DNA of 64,000 nucleotides from an uncultured delta proteobacterium (GCA_963812015.1 CAWETI010000002.1:1472001-1536000), one strand, 5' to 3'. Positions 1-10,191 are shown, counted from the first letter of the stretch. Notes: generated from the letters alone by a model not told the origin. Made by a program: numbers and translations.

Positions 1-606
1 GATGGTGGTGCCGATCACTCCCACCAGGATGATAATGTAGTTGGCACTGAAGCTGAAGCTGGGGACCAACAGATCAGTGGCCACAAGGCTCCAGTCGGGT
101 TTAGCCATAATCCCGGAAGCGACATAACAGAAGTAAAAAAGGCATGCCACCAAAAAAATCCGCTCCACGAACTTGTATGTTCCGCGCAGTACGAACCACC
201 AGATGAAAAGGGCTCCCAAGGGAACCGAAATATACTTGCTCACCCCGAACAACTCCATACTGGCGGCGACTCCGGCAAATTCGCAGATGACGTTGCCCAG
301 GTTTCCCAACAACAAACCCAACATGGCGAAAAAGGTGATCCGGACGCCGAAGCGCTCCCGGATCAAGTCCGCCAGGCCCTTGCCAGTAACCACACCCATG
401 CGAATGCATATCTCCTGAACCATGATCAGGACTATGGTCATGGGGATGATCGTCCAGAGTAGTTTGTACCCGTAAGAGGCACCCGCAATGGAGTAGGTGG
501 TAATGCCGCCGGCGTCGTTATCCACGTTGGCGGTGATGATGCCGGGACCCAATATAGCAAGGAAAATCCAAAATCTCCGGGATAAATTGGGCATTCTGAG
601 GTTCAT
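1..606 (-). CDS. Nramp-related divalent metal (probably Mg2+, NrmT-like) transporter, 3' end outside window
   Basis: Not in ORF track; hand translation from ATG at 606 gives MNLRMPNLSRRFWIFLAILGPGIITANVDNDAGGITTYSIAGASYGYKLLW, Nramp-like TM1 with DxxG motif; ATG overlaps upstream stop (TAATG). Confidence 0.85.
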   Translation of the reverse strand, partial: MNLRMPNLSRRFWIFLAILGPGIITANVDNDAGGITTYSIAGASYGYKLLWTIIPMTIVLIMVQEICIRMGVVTGKGLADLIRERFGVRITFFAMLGLLLGNLGNVICEFAGVAASMELFGVSKYISVPLGALFIWWFVLRGTYKFVERIFLVACLFYFCYVASGIMAKPDWSLVATDLLVPSFSFSANYIIILVGVIGTTI

Positions 607-1901
607 TATTTCTTGCCTCCCATTGCCGAGCGCTTGCTGACGAAAAAGTTGGCAAAGGTCTCCAGGCTACCGCGGTCGGGAACGAGCATCTCCAGGACGT
701 CGTCCATCGTGATGATGCCCAGCATCTTGAGGTCATCGTCGACCACGGGAATGGCAAGAAGATTGTACTTGTTGACGATCTCGGCGACTTCCCGGTCGGA
801 CTCCTGGGGAGAGACCGACAATATCCGGGTCTGCATCAGATCCTCAAGTTTGGTGTCGGGCTCGGCCATGATGAGTTCCCGCAGGGACAGGGCCCCGATC
901 AGGGTCTCGTCTTCCTTTAACACATAAAGATAATAAATGGTCTCCGCTTCCGCGGCCAGGGTGCGCAATTGGCTGATGGCCTCCGCGGCGGTGCTATTCG
1001 GGGACAGAGCGATGTATTCCGGAGTCATCAGGGCCCCGGCGGTGCCTTCCTCGTAATCCATCAACTCCCGCACTTCCTGGGCTTCTTCCGGCTCCATCAG
1101 GTTCAGGAGTTCGTCGGATTTTTCTTCCGGCAGTTCCGCTAAGAGGTCCGCGGCTTCATCGGGGGGCATCTCTTCCAACAGGTCCGAAGCCTGCTGGCTG
1201 TCCATGTGTTCCAGGATTTCAATCTGGGTATCCAACTCCATTTCGGCGAAGGCCTCGGCCGCCACCTCCACGTCCAGGTCTTCGATAAAGTCGGCCCTTT
1301 TCTTATAATCCAGGTCCTCGATGATCTCCGCCAGGTCGGCCGGGTGGAGTTGATCCAGCTGCTGTTTTTCCTTCCGAAGCATCAGACTGGCGGTCTTATC
1401 TTCCGGATGTTGGATGAATTCCCACCAGACCAGGTGATTTTCCAGCCGGCGAAAGAGAAATTCCACCCCCAACCGTCGGGCCAGACCTCGCAAGCCGATA
1501 TCCACCGCGTTGAGGAGGAGGTGTGGCTGATCCCGGCCCTGGAGCCAGAAGAGCTTGATATCATTGACCCGGACGACCTTGGAGCCCTTCAAGTCAATGA
1601 TCTGCTTGTCCATGAGCCACTTGCCCATGTAGATTTCATCGGGTTGCAGAGGCACCAGGGCGCTCTCATCCAGTTCGTGCAGCAGGCTGATATGGGTGGC
1701 ATCGATGCGGGCCACCTGGTCTACCGGGATGAGTTTCTGGGTGCCCCTGGCGTATTTGATCCCGGTCACCCGGGGGGTGTCGCCTTCCCAACGAATGGCC
1801 AGGTCGCGGAATTTACCCACCTGGCGGCCATGGTGATCATGAATGGGTTTCCCCTGGATTTGGCTGAAAAAAAATTCCCCCATAACCCTGATTTTTTCCA
1901 C
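606..1901 (-). CDS. MgtE intracellular N-domain + CBS-pair protein with N-terminal PRC-barrel-like region, no transmembrane domain
   Basis: LHPADLAEIIEDL, EEMPPDEAADLL, TAGALMTPEY, IYYLYV, GIITMDDV motifs; ends before MgtE TM region; GTG start with AAGGAGG RBS. Confidence 0.85.
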   Translation of the reverse strand: MEKIRVMGEFFFSQIQGKPIHDHHGRQVGKFRDLAIRWEGDTPRVTGIKYARGTQKLIPVDQVARIDATHISLLHELDESALVPLQPDEIYMGKWLMDKQIIDLKGSKVVRVNDIKLFWLQGRDQPHLLLNAVDIGLRGLARRLGVEFLFRRLENHLVWWEFIQHPEDKTASLMLRKEKQQLDQLHPADLAEIIEDLDYKKRADFIEDLDVEVAAEAFAEMELDTQIEILEHMDSQQASDLLEEMPPDEAADLLAELPEEKSDELLNLMEPEEAQEVRELMDYEEGTAGALMTPEYIALSPNSTAAEAISQLRTLAAEAETIYYLYVLKEDETLIGALSLRELIMAEPDTKLEDLMQTRILSVSPQESDREVAEIVNKYNLLAIPVVDDDLKMLGIITMDDVLEMLVPDRGSLETFANFFVSKRSAMGGKK

Positions 1902-1934
1902 GGGATACCCTCCTTGAGGGAAGTATGGCCCAAT

Positions 1935-1967
1935 AAAAAAGGCCTTGCCACGCGGGTGGAAGGCCTC
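1935..1967 (-). terminator. Intrinsic terminator, expression platform of M-box riboswitch
   Basis: Minus strand GAGGCCTTCCACCCGCGTGGCAAGGCC followed by T6, between aptamer and RBS. Confidence 0.8.
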
Positions 1968-1992
1968 GAAAGGACAATAGGCAAACGACCTT

Positions 1993-2150
1993 CCTCACTC
2001 GTGGAGCTTTGGCACTGCATAACGTAGAGTCGATATACTCAGCCACATTAAGTAAAACCTTAAGCCGGCAGTACCTGTTCGGCCCATTGGCGTCTCTCGA
2101 CGTTTCTGGGCAGTGGCCTGTATTTATGCAGGAGCCTCGCCTAACTGAGG
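1993..2150 (-). ncRNA. M-box (ykoK) Mg2+ riboswitch
   Basis: Minus strand reads GTTAGGCGAGGCTCCTG...CTGCCCAGAAACGTCGAGAGACGCCAATGGG..AACAG...TAAGG...TAATGTGGCTG...CAGTGCCAAAGCTCCACGA, matching conserved ykoK segments; upstream of Mg transport genes. Confidence 0.93.
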
Positions 2151-2157
2151 TTAATTT

Positions 2158-2186
2158 ACTTTATGCCAGGGAAAAACATCTGTCAA
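2158..2186 (-). promoter_or_regulatory. Sigma70-type promoter for the M-box leader
   Basis: TTGACA (2186-2181), 17 nt, TAAAGT (2163-2158); start site would fall at the aptamer 5' end. Confidence 0.7.
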
Positions 2187-2355
2187 CCGGGGAATCCCAA
2201 TCTGAAAACCCAAATGATTAAATCACCAAAAAGGAACAATACCCTCATAAAATACCAGACAGATGACTTTAGAGGGCGGCGCGGTTGGCTGTAAGTTGGA
2301 AATCATACCGTTTTTCCTTATACTTAATGATGAGGAAAACTATCCAGGAGTTCTC

Positions 2356-4950
2356 ATGCCCTTGAAAGGCATTTCGTATCGGTTCATGATGGCCCTAGCC
2401 ATGGTGGTGGTTTTGGTCCCCCCCTGGCCGGTCCGGGCCCAGGCGGCGCCACCGGAGAAACTGGAGAAAGGGGCGGCCCAGTCCCAGACCCTGCTCCAGG
2501 GATTTGAGGCCGGCATTACCCACTTACAAGAGGACCTCAAGGGGTGGGAATCCCGGCTGGTGGCCGCCGCCGACAAGGTGGCCCAGACCACCCAAGAGAT
2601 GGACCATCTCCAGGTTGCCGTGGCCTCACTGAAAGCCACCATGGTCCTGCAGAAGCTTCCCCTGCCCCGGGTGCAGGAGCTCCTGGCCGCCTATGCCGGT
2701 CAAGAAAAGGAACTCAGGGGGAAAATCAAGGACCTGAGCCAGGAGATCGACGCGCTCAAGCAAGACCAGCAAACTCAACTCAGCTTGCAAAATGCTTTGA
2801 GGGTGCAGCTCAATATTATTCAGGCCAAAGAACCCGCCGCCCTGCCCCCGGAGCTGGAACCGGCCTTCTTGCATTACCTGGCCCTGGCGGGGGTTAGGGA
2901 CGCCCTGGTGGTCCGGGTGCTGGACCAACTGGAACAACAGCGCCGGCTTCTGCAGCAGGAGCAGGAACTCCTCGTCGGCCTGGAGCCCCCATTGAAGCAA
3001 CTGGAGGACGCCTGGAAGACCGAACTTCTGAAACGTCCGCCGGAAGCGGTGCCCCTCTGGCAACAAGTCCCCCGGGTGTGGCAGAACCTGGCCACCATAC
3101 CGGCACGGGGCTGGGAATGGCTCAACGACCTTATAAAGTCGGGACGCCTGAGCGCTTTTATCTGGCGGCATCTGGCCCCCATCATCGGCCTGCTCGGCTT
3201 CATCGTGCTATTGGCGTGGAGCACCCGGCGGCTCAACGACCTGGTAACCCGGCGCGTTCAGACCTGGACGGCGCGGGCGGAAGATTCCCACCTGCTGTCC
3301 CTTTACATCCTGGGACAGACCTTGGTCGGTAACTTGTTTGGCCTGGGCCTGATTTTCTGGCTGGGCCTGTTTTTCTGGACTTTTAACCTGTTGGCCTCCG
3401 ACCCGGGGCAGTTAATTCTCGCGCTTCTGGTCACGCTCTGGGCCCTGCGCCTGGGCCTCCAAACGGTTCAAAGGTTTTTTGCCGGCCAGGTTGGGGGGGG
3501 CATCCTGACCCTTGCGCCGGACGTCGCCAGGTTTTACCGCCGCTCGTTGAAACTTTTTCTGGTGTATCTCTGTCTGGGCTTTTTCGGTCTCAAAAGCTCC
3601 GGTCTGCTGGATTTTCCCGAATCCAGCCGGCTGTTCCTGGAGCATTTTTTCCTGTTAGGCGTCCTGGTCTGGGGCTGGTGGCTTTTGCGCCGTCCCTACC
3701 TGACCCGGCTCTTGCCGGAGCTGTCGGATCCGATTTGGCTGCACCGGCCTTGGGTGAGCCTGTTCCTGCGGGGACTGGTGCTATCCCTGCTGGCGGTCAT
3801 CATCCTGGCTGACCTCCTGGGATTTCAAAACCTATCCCTGTACCTGACCCGGGCGGCCGCCTGGACTCTGCTCGCCGCGGTGCTCCTGTGGTTCCTGTGG
3901 TTGATGGGGGAGACCATCATCCGTCATCTCCTCCATCCGGAAGCAGGCCGGGCTACCTGTCGCTTCCCGGAAAAGGTCGAGCTGATCGAGAGGGTCTACA
4001 GCTTCAGCCGCTGGGCCTTATCCCTCATCCTGGGGGTGGCCGTGGTCCTGTGGTCCCTCAACTCCTGGGGGATCACCCCCCCACAGGTGGCCTGGGCTTT
4101 TCGCTGGATGACCTGGGGTGCCACCCTGGGACCGGTGAAGTTGACCACCCTAAGCGTCATCGGCGTCATCCTGGCTCTGTATCTGGGGTTCTTCCTGTCC
4201 CGGGTGGTGCGCAGTCTCATGATGATGCGTATTTTCCCCCGCACCGCCCTGGACCCCGGGGTGCAGTACACCATCTCCACCACCGTGCACTACGTCATCC
4301 TGATCTTGGCAGGGTTGGTCGCCTTGAACATTTTGGGATTTCCCCTGACCAACCTGCTCCTGGTGTTAGGTGCCCTGGGCGTGGGGATCGGCTTCGGCCT
4401 CCAGAACATCTTCAATAACTTCCTCAGCGGTCTCATCCTCCTGTTCGAGCGACCCATCAAAGTGGGGGACATGCTGGTGATCGACGGCCAGTGGGGCCTG
4501 GTGAAGGAGATCCGGGTCAGGAGCACTATCTTTGAAACCTTTGACCGGTATGTCATGATAATCCCCAACTCGGAGTTGATCTCCAATAAAGTCCTCAACT
4601 GGACCCATTACGGGGCGGGCATCAACCGCCTCACCTTGAAGGTGGGGATCTCCTACGGTTCAGACGTGCGCCAGGTGACTCGCCTGCTCAGCGAGGTTTG
4701 CCGGGCCAACCCCCGGGTGGTGGCGGCGCCGCCGCCCCAAATCACCTTCCAGGCCTACGGCGACAGTTCCCTGGACTTCACCATCTGGGTGTACCTGAAA
4801 ACCCCCAGCGACCGCAATCGGGCCACTCATGAGCTGAACAGCGCCATCTTTGAGGCCTTTAACGAGCACGGCATCGAAATTCCCTTTCCCCGGCGGGACC
4901 TCCACATCAAAGAATGGCCGGAGGCCTTGGAGAAGAAGGGCGACGGTTAG
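2356..4950 (+). CDS. Large MscS-family mechanosensitive channel (MscK-like)
   Basis: Signal peptide, coiled coil, many TM helices, GALGVGIGFGLQNIFNNFLSGLILLFERPIKVGD signature; start chosen at ATG 2356 after GGAG. Confidence 0.9.
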   Translation: MPLKGISYRFMMALAMVVVLVPPWPVRAQAAPPEKLEKGAAQSQTLLQGFEAGITHLQEDLKGWESRLVAAADKVAQTTQEMDHLQVAVASLKATMVLQKLPLPRVQELLAAYAGQEKELRGKIKDLSQEIDALKQDQQTQLSLQNALRVQLNIIQAKEPAALPPELEPAFLHYLALAGVRDALVVRVLDQLEQQRRLLQQEQELLVGLEPPLKQLEDAWKTELLKRPPEAVPLWQQVPRVWQNLATIPARGWEWLNDLIKSGRLSAFIWRHLAPIIGLLGFIVLLAWSTRRLNDLVTRRVQTWTARAEDSHLLSLYILGQTLVGNLFGLGLIFWLGLFFWTFNLLASDPGQLILALLVTLWALRLGLQTVQRFFAGQVGGGILTLAPDVARFYRRSLKLFLVYLCLGFFGLKSSGLLDFPESSRLFLEHFFLLGVLVWGWWLLRRPYLTRLLPELSDPIWLHRPWVSLFLRGLVLSLLAVIILADLLGFQNLSLYLTRAAAWTLLAAVLLWFLWLMGETIIRHLLHPEAGRATCRFPEKVELIERVYSFSRWALSLILGVAVVLWSLNSWGITPPQVAWAFRWMTWGATLGPVKLTTLSVIGVILALYLGFFLSRVVRSLMMMRIFPRTALDPGVQYTISTTVHYVILILAGLVALNILGFPLTNLLLVLGALGVGIGFGLQNIFNNFLSGLILLFERPIKVGDMLVIDGQWGLVKEIRVRSTIFETFDRYVMIIPNSELISNKVLNWTHYGAGINRLTLKVGISYGSDVRQVTRLLSEVCRANPRVVAAPPPQITFQAYGDSSLDFTIWVYLKTPSDRNRATHELNSAIFEAFNEHGIEIPFPRRDLHIKEWPEALEKKGDG

Positions 4951-5098
4951 GAAGGGCTGCCCGTAGGACTAGGGCTGCCGGATATCGGGAGTTTTTTCAG
5001 GGAAGGGGAGGACGGCTCACGCCTGGGGGGCGACCGCAGAAGGCTCGAGTGCCCCAGGCCGGAGGCCCTTTATTTAAACTGTCGGAGGTGAAACCGGC

Positions 5099-5956
5099 TT
5101 ATTCAACCGTCACGTTTTGGGATTTGGTCTTATAGGATCTGACCTCGATGATCTTGGGCCGGGGGCGGCGGGGGGTGTCCGCAGGTTTCTCCGCCTGGAG
5201 GTCTTCTGACTTGCTTCCCTTCTGGCGCGTTTTGGCGCCTTTCCCGGGGGTGGCAGGGGCAGCCTTGGCGTTGTCTTTGGGGGCGTTTACTGCCTGGCTC
5301 GGTCCCCCATAGGTTCCCATCACGTTGGTGACAAAGACCTGGGTTTCCTGATAGGGCGGAATGGCGCCGTACTTGGCCACGCTTTCCGGCCCGGCGTTAT
5401 AGGCGGCCACGGCCAGGGGCACATTGTGCTGAAAGCGGTCCAGACAGCTCCGCAGGTATCCCACCCCGCCGGCGATGTTCTGTTCCAGGTCAAGGGGGTC
5501 CCTCACTCCCATGAGGGCGGCGGTGCCGGGCATGAGCTGCATCAACCCCTGGGCTCCTTTGGGTGACACGGCGGTGGCATTGAAGCCCGATTCGTGGCGC
5601 ATCACGGCCCGCACCAGCGAGGGGTCAACCCCGTATAATTGAGCATATTTGTGGATCAGGCCCTCCACCCGGGGATCCCTGGGGCTTAAGGGTCCCTTAA
5701 CGGTAGATACGCCCGGCTGCCCACAAACCCGCGGCCAGACCCGGGTTTTGTTATTGAAAATATAGACTTGCACTTCCCGGCCCAAAAGCTCGTAAAGGGT
5801 GTCTTCCGAGCCCTGAGTTTTCTTGGCTGGCTTGGCGTCAGGGTTTTCAATGACCAGGCTGCCGTCCCGGGACAGGATCTTGGCGGCGGCCAGGGCCGAA
5901 CCCGCCAGCGGGGGCAGAGCCAAAATCACGGACAGGATAAATATTACTCTCCGCAT
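5099..5956 (-). CDS. Lytic transglycosylase (SLT domain), exported
   Basis: AVMRHESGF (catalytic Glu), GAQGLMQLMP, AAYNAG, ETQ motifs; signal peptide. Confidence 0.9.
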   Translation of the reverse strand: MRRVIFILSVILALPPLAGSALAAAKILSRDGSLVIENPDAKPAKKTQGSEDTLYELLGREVQVYIFNNKTRVWPRVCGQPGVSTVKGPLSPRDPRVEGLIHKYAQLYGVDPSLVRAVMRHESGFNATAVSPKGAQGLMQLMPGTAALMGVRDPLDLEQNIAGGVGYLRSCLDRFQHNVPLAVAAYNAGPESVAKYGAIPPYQETQVFVTNVMGTYGGPSQAVNAPKDNAKAAPATPGKGAKTRQKGSKSEDLQAEKPADTPRRPRPKIIEVRSYKTKSQNVTVE

Positions 5957-6313
5957 AACTTATATTTTATTCGCTATTTATGGGTTTTTGTCAAGAACGA
6001 ATTGCGCAGGCAGGTAATTTTATCCCAGGCAAAGGTCGCCCTTATTGTCGGATTCAGGTCAATTGTCGTATGAGCAACCCGTCGTGTCTATCGGCAATGC
6101 TGTGGGTGGCCCGGGACCGTCTTCTTGCCCCCCGCTTCGAGACTCCTGCCGCATTATTATTTGCATAAGCTCATAACAACAGGAAGTTCAACTTATCAAT
6201 AATCTTACAAAATAATCTTAATGGCCTCCAGAAAGATTGTTTGTCAGATGAGATAAGGTGAGGTAATATTCAACGAGCACCTTTAGTCAGCCCTCGACCA
6301 TGGATGGTCCGGC

Positions 6314-8746
6314 ATGCTTTCCCCGGTATCGTACGACAGCCAGCAAAAATTAACCCCCGATCCCCAGGGGCCGCACCCGCCGGGCTGCATCCTGGGGGCC
6401 CGACCAGTGGGTCGACCCCTGGTACCCGTGACCCTGGCCCTGATGGCGGGGATTGCCGCCCCGGCCTGGGGCCTGCACCTGCCGTCGATCTGGCTGCTGG
6501 GGGGGGCGCTGGCTCTCTGGGGCGCCTTGGCCCTCCTCTGGTGGCAACGGCGTCCGGCCCGCTTCCTGCCCCTGATCTTTTTCGGGCTCCTGGGAGTGGC
6601 TTTCTCCCAACAGGCCTGGCAGCCGGATTTTCCGGCCTGGCACCTCAATCACCTGCCCGAAAACCAAAATTTGACCCTGTGGGGCCACCTGAGCCGGCCC
6701 AGCAAGCTCGGGGAGGGACAGGTTCAGCTTTTTGTGGAGACCGAGGCCTGGCGGAGTCCCTGGGGCTGGCGCCCGGCGACCGGGAATCTCCTGGTGGTGG
6801 CGCCGGTGCCGGAGCCTCCGCCGGTGGGCACCGGCCTGGTGATCCGGGGGCGCCTCCACCCACCCCGGATGCTGCACAACCCCGGGACGTTCAATCGCCC
6901 CCGCTACCTGGCGGCGGACGGGATTTTCCGGGAGATGCGGCTTCCGGATCAGGATCGCCTCACCCTTCTGGCCTCAAGGGAAGCCTATCCCTGGAGCGAG
7001 AGGCTCCGCGGCGGCATTCGGCAGCGCTTGCGGGAGCTGGACCCGGCCGGCCGGGCCATCTACCTGGCCATGCTCCTGGGGGACCAGGGCGAGATCACCC
7101 AAGAGATGCGCCATAATTTTGCCCGCACCGGCACCAGCCACCTGCTGGTCATCAACGGCCTGCACTTAGGCATGGTGGCCGCGGTCACCTATTTTCTCAG
7201 TTTTTGGCTCCTGCGGCGCTTTCCCTGGCTCCTGGTGCGCCTCAACGTGGTCAAGACCGCCACCCTGCTGTCGGCCATCCCGGTGGTGTTCTATGCCTGG
7301 GTGGCCGGGGGGTCGCCCTCCACCCAGCGGGCCGAGGTCATGGTGCTGGCCTACCTCCTTTTGGTCTTCCTGGGGCGCCCCGGGGAAGTCTGGAGCGCCC
7401 TGGCCCTGGCGGCCCTGGTCATCTTGAGCCTCGCCCCCCTCCGCCTCTTTGCCATCTCCTTCCAGCTCTCTTTTGTATCAGTTGCTGCCTTGGCTTACAT
7501 AATCCCTCGAATGGTTTCCCGGCTGGAGGGAGCTACCGTTTATCTATCCTCGTACTTGAGTACACGCTTGAGGTTATGGGCCTTAGAGTGGTTATTGGTT
7601 TCCATAGTGGCCACTCTGGCCACCTGGCCCTTGGTAGCCGCTTACTTCCAAGTGACATCCCTTTACGGTTTCATGGTTAATTACGTGGTCATTCCCCTGG
7701 TCCTGCTCCTGGCCCTGCCGTTGGGGGAGGCCGCGGTCTTCGCCCAGGCCGTTTCTCTGACTCCGGTGGCCGATGTCCTGCTCTGGGTGGGAAAACTCCC
7801 CCTGTGGCTGGGCTATCAGGTGATCCAGTGGGGGGCCAAGGTTCCCGGCAGCGCCATCATCATGCCCACCCCCACCTGGCTGATGATCGCCGCCTACTAT
7901 GTCATCCTGATCCTGGTGTTGGCGCCCCGGCGCACCTACCTGACCTGGACCGGGGCGGCCCTGGCGGGTTTGGTGTTGGTGACGGGCGCGGCCCTGCCCC
8001 TGGCCACGGTTCCCCAGGCCCTGGAGGTGACCTGCCTGGACACTTTCGGTGGGCTCCAGGGGGTGGTGGTGAGCCCCGAGAACCGGCGCCTGGTGGTCTC
8101 GGCCGCGGCGCCGACCTGGCCGGGAGCACCGGCGCCGGGATGGGGGCCGTTGCCGGGATACTGCCATTGGCGGCAATTCCGGCGCCTTGACCTGGCGATC
8201 GCCTTGAACCTGAGCGAGGCTAACGCCGGGGAACTGTTCACCCTGGACCAGCAGTTCAGCGTGGGGTCATGGTGGTATGGACTTCGGGGGCGGGAGGGGC
8301 CGAATTATTGGGAATTGTGGAATTACCTGGGGGATAGGAAGAGGCTGCCCCGGTCCCTGGAGCAGGGCAGCCCCCCGGCCGCCATGGGCAGTGTGGACTT
8401 GAAGTATGTGAAGCTGGCCGCGGACGCGCCGCCGGCCCTGGAAGTCGCCTATCAAGGCCGCCGGGTCTGGCTCATCCCGCCGGTGGGGGGGCTTACGGCT
8501 GACGATCTCCCAGCCGTGGCCGGCCCCCTGGAGGCGCTGGTTCTCCCCGCCGATCTGGCCGCCCCCGGGGACCGCAAATCCATAATGGACCGCCTGAACC
8601 CCCAGCGGGTGGTCATCTATGGCGACCCCAGCCGGTCCGGCGCGGCCCGGACCCCCTGGCCGGTGCCCTGCCAGTTCACCCGGGAGGGGGCGGTGAGCCT
8701 CTACCTGGCCGCCTCCGGGGTAACCGCCCGTCAGTGGCGGCCGTAA
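6314..8746 (+). CDS. comEC: ComEC/Rec2 DNA uptake competence protein
   Basis: NPGTFN, LLGD, TGTSHLLVINGLHLG, SFQLSF motifs; C-terminal MBL-like domain degenerate; start uncertain. Confidence 0.88.
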   Translation: MLSPVSYDSQQKLTPDPQGPHPPGCILGARPVGRPLVPVTLALMAGIAAPAWGLHLPSIWLLGGALALWGALALLWWQRRPARFLPLIFFGLLGVAFSQQAWQPDFPAWHLNHLPENQNLTLWGHLSRPSKLGEGQVQLFVETEAWRSPWGWRPATGNLLVVAPVPEPPPVGTGLVIRGRLHPPRMLHNPGTFNRPRYLAADGIFREMRLPDQDRLTLLASREAYPWSERLRGGIRQRLRELDPAGRAIYLAMLLGDQGEITQEMRHNFARTGTSHLLVINGLHLGMVAAVTYFLSFWLLRRFPWLLVRLNVVKTATLLSAIPVVFYAWVAGGSPSTQRAEVMVLAYLLLVFLGRPGEVWSALALAALVILSLAPLRLFAISFQLSFVSVAALAYIIPRMVSRLEGATVYLSSYLSTRLRLWALEWLLVSIVATLATWPLVAAYFQVTSLYGFMVNYVVIPLVLLLALPLGEAAVFAQAVSLTPVADVLLWVGKLPLWLGYQVIQWGAKVPGSAIIMPTPTWLMIAAYYVILILVLAPRRTYLTWTGAALAGLVLVTGAALPLATVPQALEVTCLDTFGGLQGVVVSPENRRLVVSAAAPTWPGAPAPGWGPLPGYCHWRQFRRLDLAIALNLSEANAGELFTLDQQFSVGSWWYGLRGREGPNYWELWNYLGDRKRLPRSLEQGSPPAAMGSVDLKYVKLAADAPPALEVAYQGRRVWLIPPVGGLTADDLPAVAGPLEALVLPADLAAPGDRKSIMDRLNPQRVVIYGDPSRSGAARTPWPVPCQFTREGAVSLYLAASGVTARQWRP

Positions 8747-8837
8747 GGTTCATGCCAAGTTAAGATCTCGCAACCAGGTTTTGAGAGGGGGGCCGGGGGA
8801 AGCCCTTACGAAAAAATCCCCCGACCTCAAAGGTTTT

Positions 8838-9002
8838 TCAGCTCTTCCGGGAGGTCTTGGGCATGAAGTGGCTCATTTGTTGCTTCACTTCAACGGAGTT
8901 GCACTTGGGGCAAATGATGCGGCCGGCCTCGTATTCCGTCAGGCTCATGATGCGCATAAATTCTGCCCCACACTTGACACACACATATTCATAGGTCGGC
9001 AT
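8838..9002 (-). CDS. FmdB-family zinc ribbon protein
   Basis: MPTYEYVCVKCG...CPKCNS; AGGAGGAG RBS before ATG 9002. Confidence 0.85.
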   Translation of the reverse strand: MPTYEYVCVKCGAEFMRIMSLTEYEAGRIICPKCNSVEVKQQMSHFMPKTSRKS

Positions 9003-9322
9003 GGCACTCCTCCTGATTCGCAAGATAATAATTCACTAATAATAATAAGAGCTTGTCCGGCTGAAGGCAAGGGCTGTCCCCGGGCGGGGAGAAAAGTTTG
9101 CCCCAGACGGGGGGACGGGTAGGAGGCCGGAAGGTCATTATCGCCTTGATAAATCATTGCCGGACCCCAGCGCCCCTCAATTTTGTGATAAAAACTTGGT
9201 TGCGGAAAGAACGATATCTTCAACGGGGTTTTAACTTCTCCCTGTTTATAGAAGGGGCCTTTCCTACTTCGGACTAACGATCGCTCCTTTTAAAATCTCT
9301 CGCTGATTTTGGCAGTTACCTG

Positions 9323-10180
9323 CTATGGTCTGCCTGCTGGGAGAAGCGGGGTCCCCGGCACCAGGCTTCGGGCCACCAGGAGGTTGTACCATTCATAGCT
9401 CTGGTGCGGTTTCGGGGTCTCCATGATGGCGGCTTCGGCTTTGAGCCAGGGATGGGAAAGCAAGTGCCGCAGGCCCGTGAGGCCGATGGCGCCTTGGCCC
9501 AGGTGCCAGTGGCGGTCCCGTCGGGAATTGCAGGGGAGCCGGGAGTCATTGAGATGGATGAGCTTCACCGCGTCCAGTCCCGGGCCCCGGGCCAGTTCCG
9601 CCAACAGCCGCGCCACCCCCTGAGGACTGCTCAGGTCATACCCGGCGCCGAAGGCGTGGGCCGTATCCAGGCACAATCCCAGGGGTACGCCGCTCAAGGT
9701 GATGATCCGTTCCAGGTGCTGGAAACGCCAGCCCAGTTCCCGGCCCTGCCCAGCAGTATTTTCCAGGAGAATGAGGGGGGGCGGCGGTACCTGGGACACC
9801 GCCAGGGCCAGGGCCCGGGCCACCGGTGCGAAGCCGGCCTCCCCCAGGGGTCCATGGCCGGGGTGCACCACCAGGTAGTCGGCTGCCAGTTCCCGGGCCA
9901 GAACCAGTTCCCGCCACAACCTCTCGGTGGATAAGGCATAGAGGGCTGGGTCAGCGGAGGCCAGGTTAGGCAGGTAGCCGAGATGCACCACCAGAGGCCC
10001 CAGCCCGGCCTGACGCCGGGCCCGGCAAAAATCTCGGACCGCCGCGGGGGCCACCGGGCGCCATTTCCAGCCCCGGGGGTTCTGGATAAAGATTTGGAGG
10101 GCCTGGCAGCCCAAAACCTGGGCCTGCTGGACCGCCCGCCGCAAAGACCCGGCGATGGAGAGATGAAAGCCTAAGCGCAT
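9323..10180 (-). CDS. nfo: Endonuclease IV (AP endonuclease family 2)
   Basis: MRLGFHLSIAG, HLGYLPNLAS, VVHPG, LENTAGQG, CLDTAH, HLNDS, DRH, ETP motifs. Confidence 0.9.
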   Translation of the reverse strand: MRLGFHLSIAGSLRRAVQQAQVLGCQALQIFIQNPRGWKWRPVAPAAVRDFCRARRQAGLGPLVVHLGYLPNLASADPALYALSTERLWRELVLARELAADYLVVHPGHGPLGEAGFAPVARALALAVSQVPPPPLILLENTAGQGRELGWRFQHLERIITLSGVPLGLCLDTAHAFGAGYDLSSPQGVARLLAELARGPGLDAVKLIHLNDSRLPCNSRRDRHWHLGQGAIGLTGLRHLLSHPWLKAEAAIMETPKPHQSYEWYNLLVARSLVPGTPLLPAGRP

Positions 10181-10191
10181 GATTAAAGCAG

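Noticed and set aside
7471..7690. comEC patch as a DGR variable region
   Set aside because: No template repeat or reverse transcriptase in the window, and the patch is not C-terminal; cannot be supported here.
8804..8819. CCTTACGAAAAAATCC near-match to reverse complement at 53064-53078
   Set aside because: Only about 15 bp with an indel; too short to call homology.
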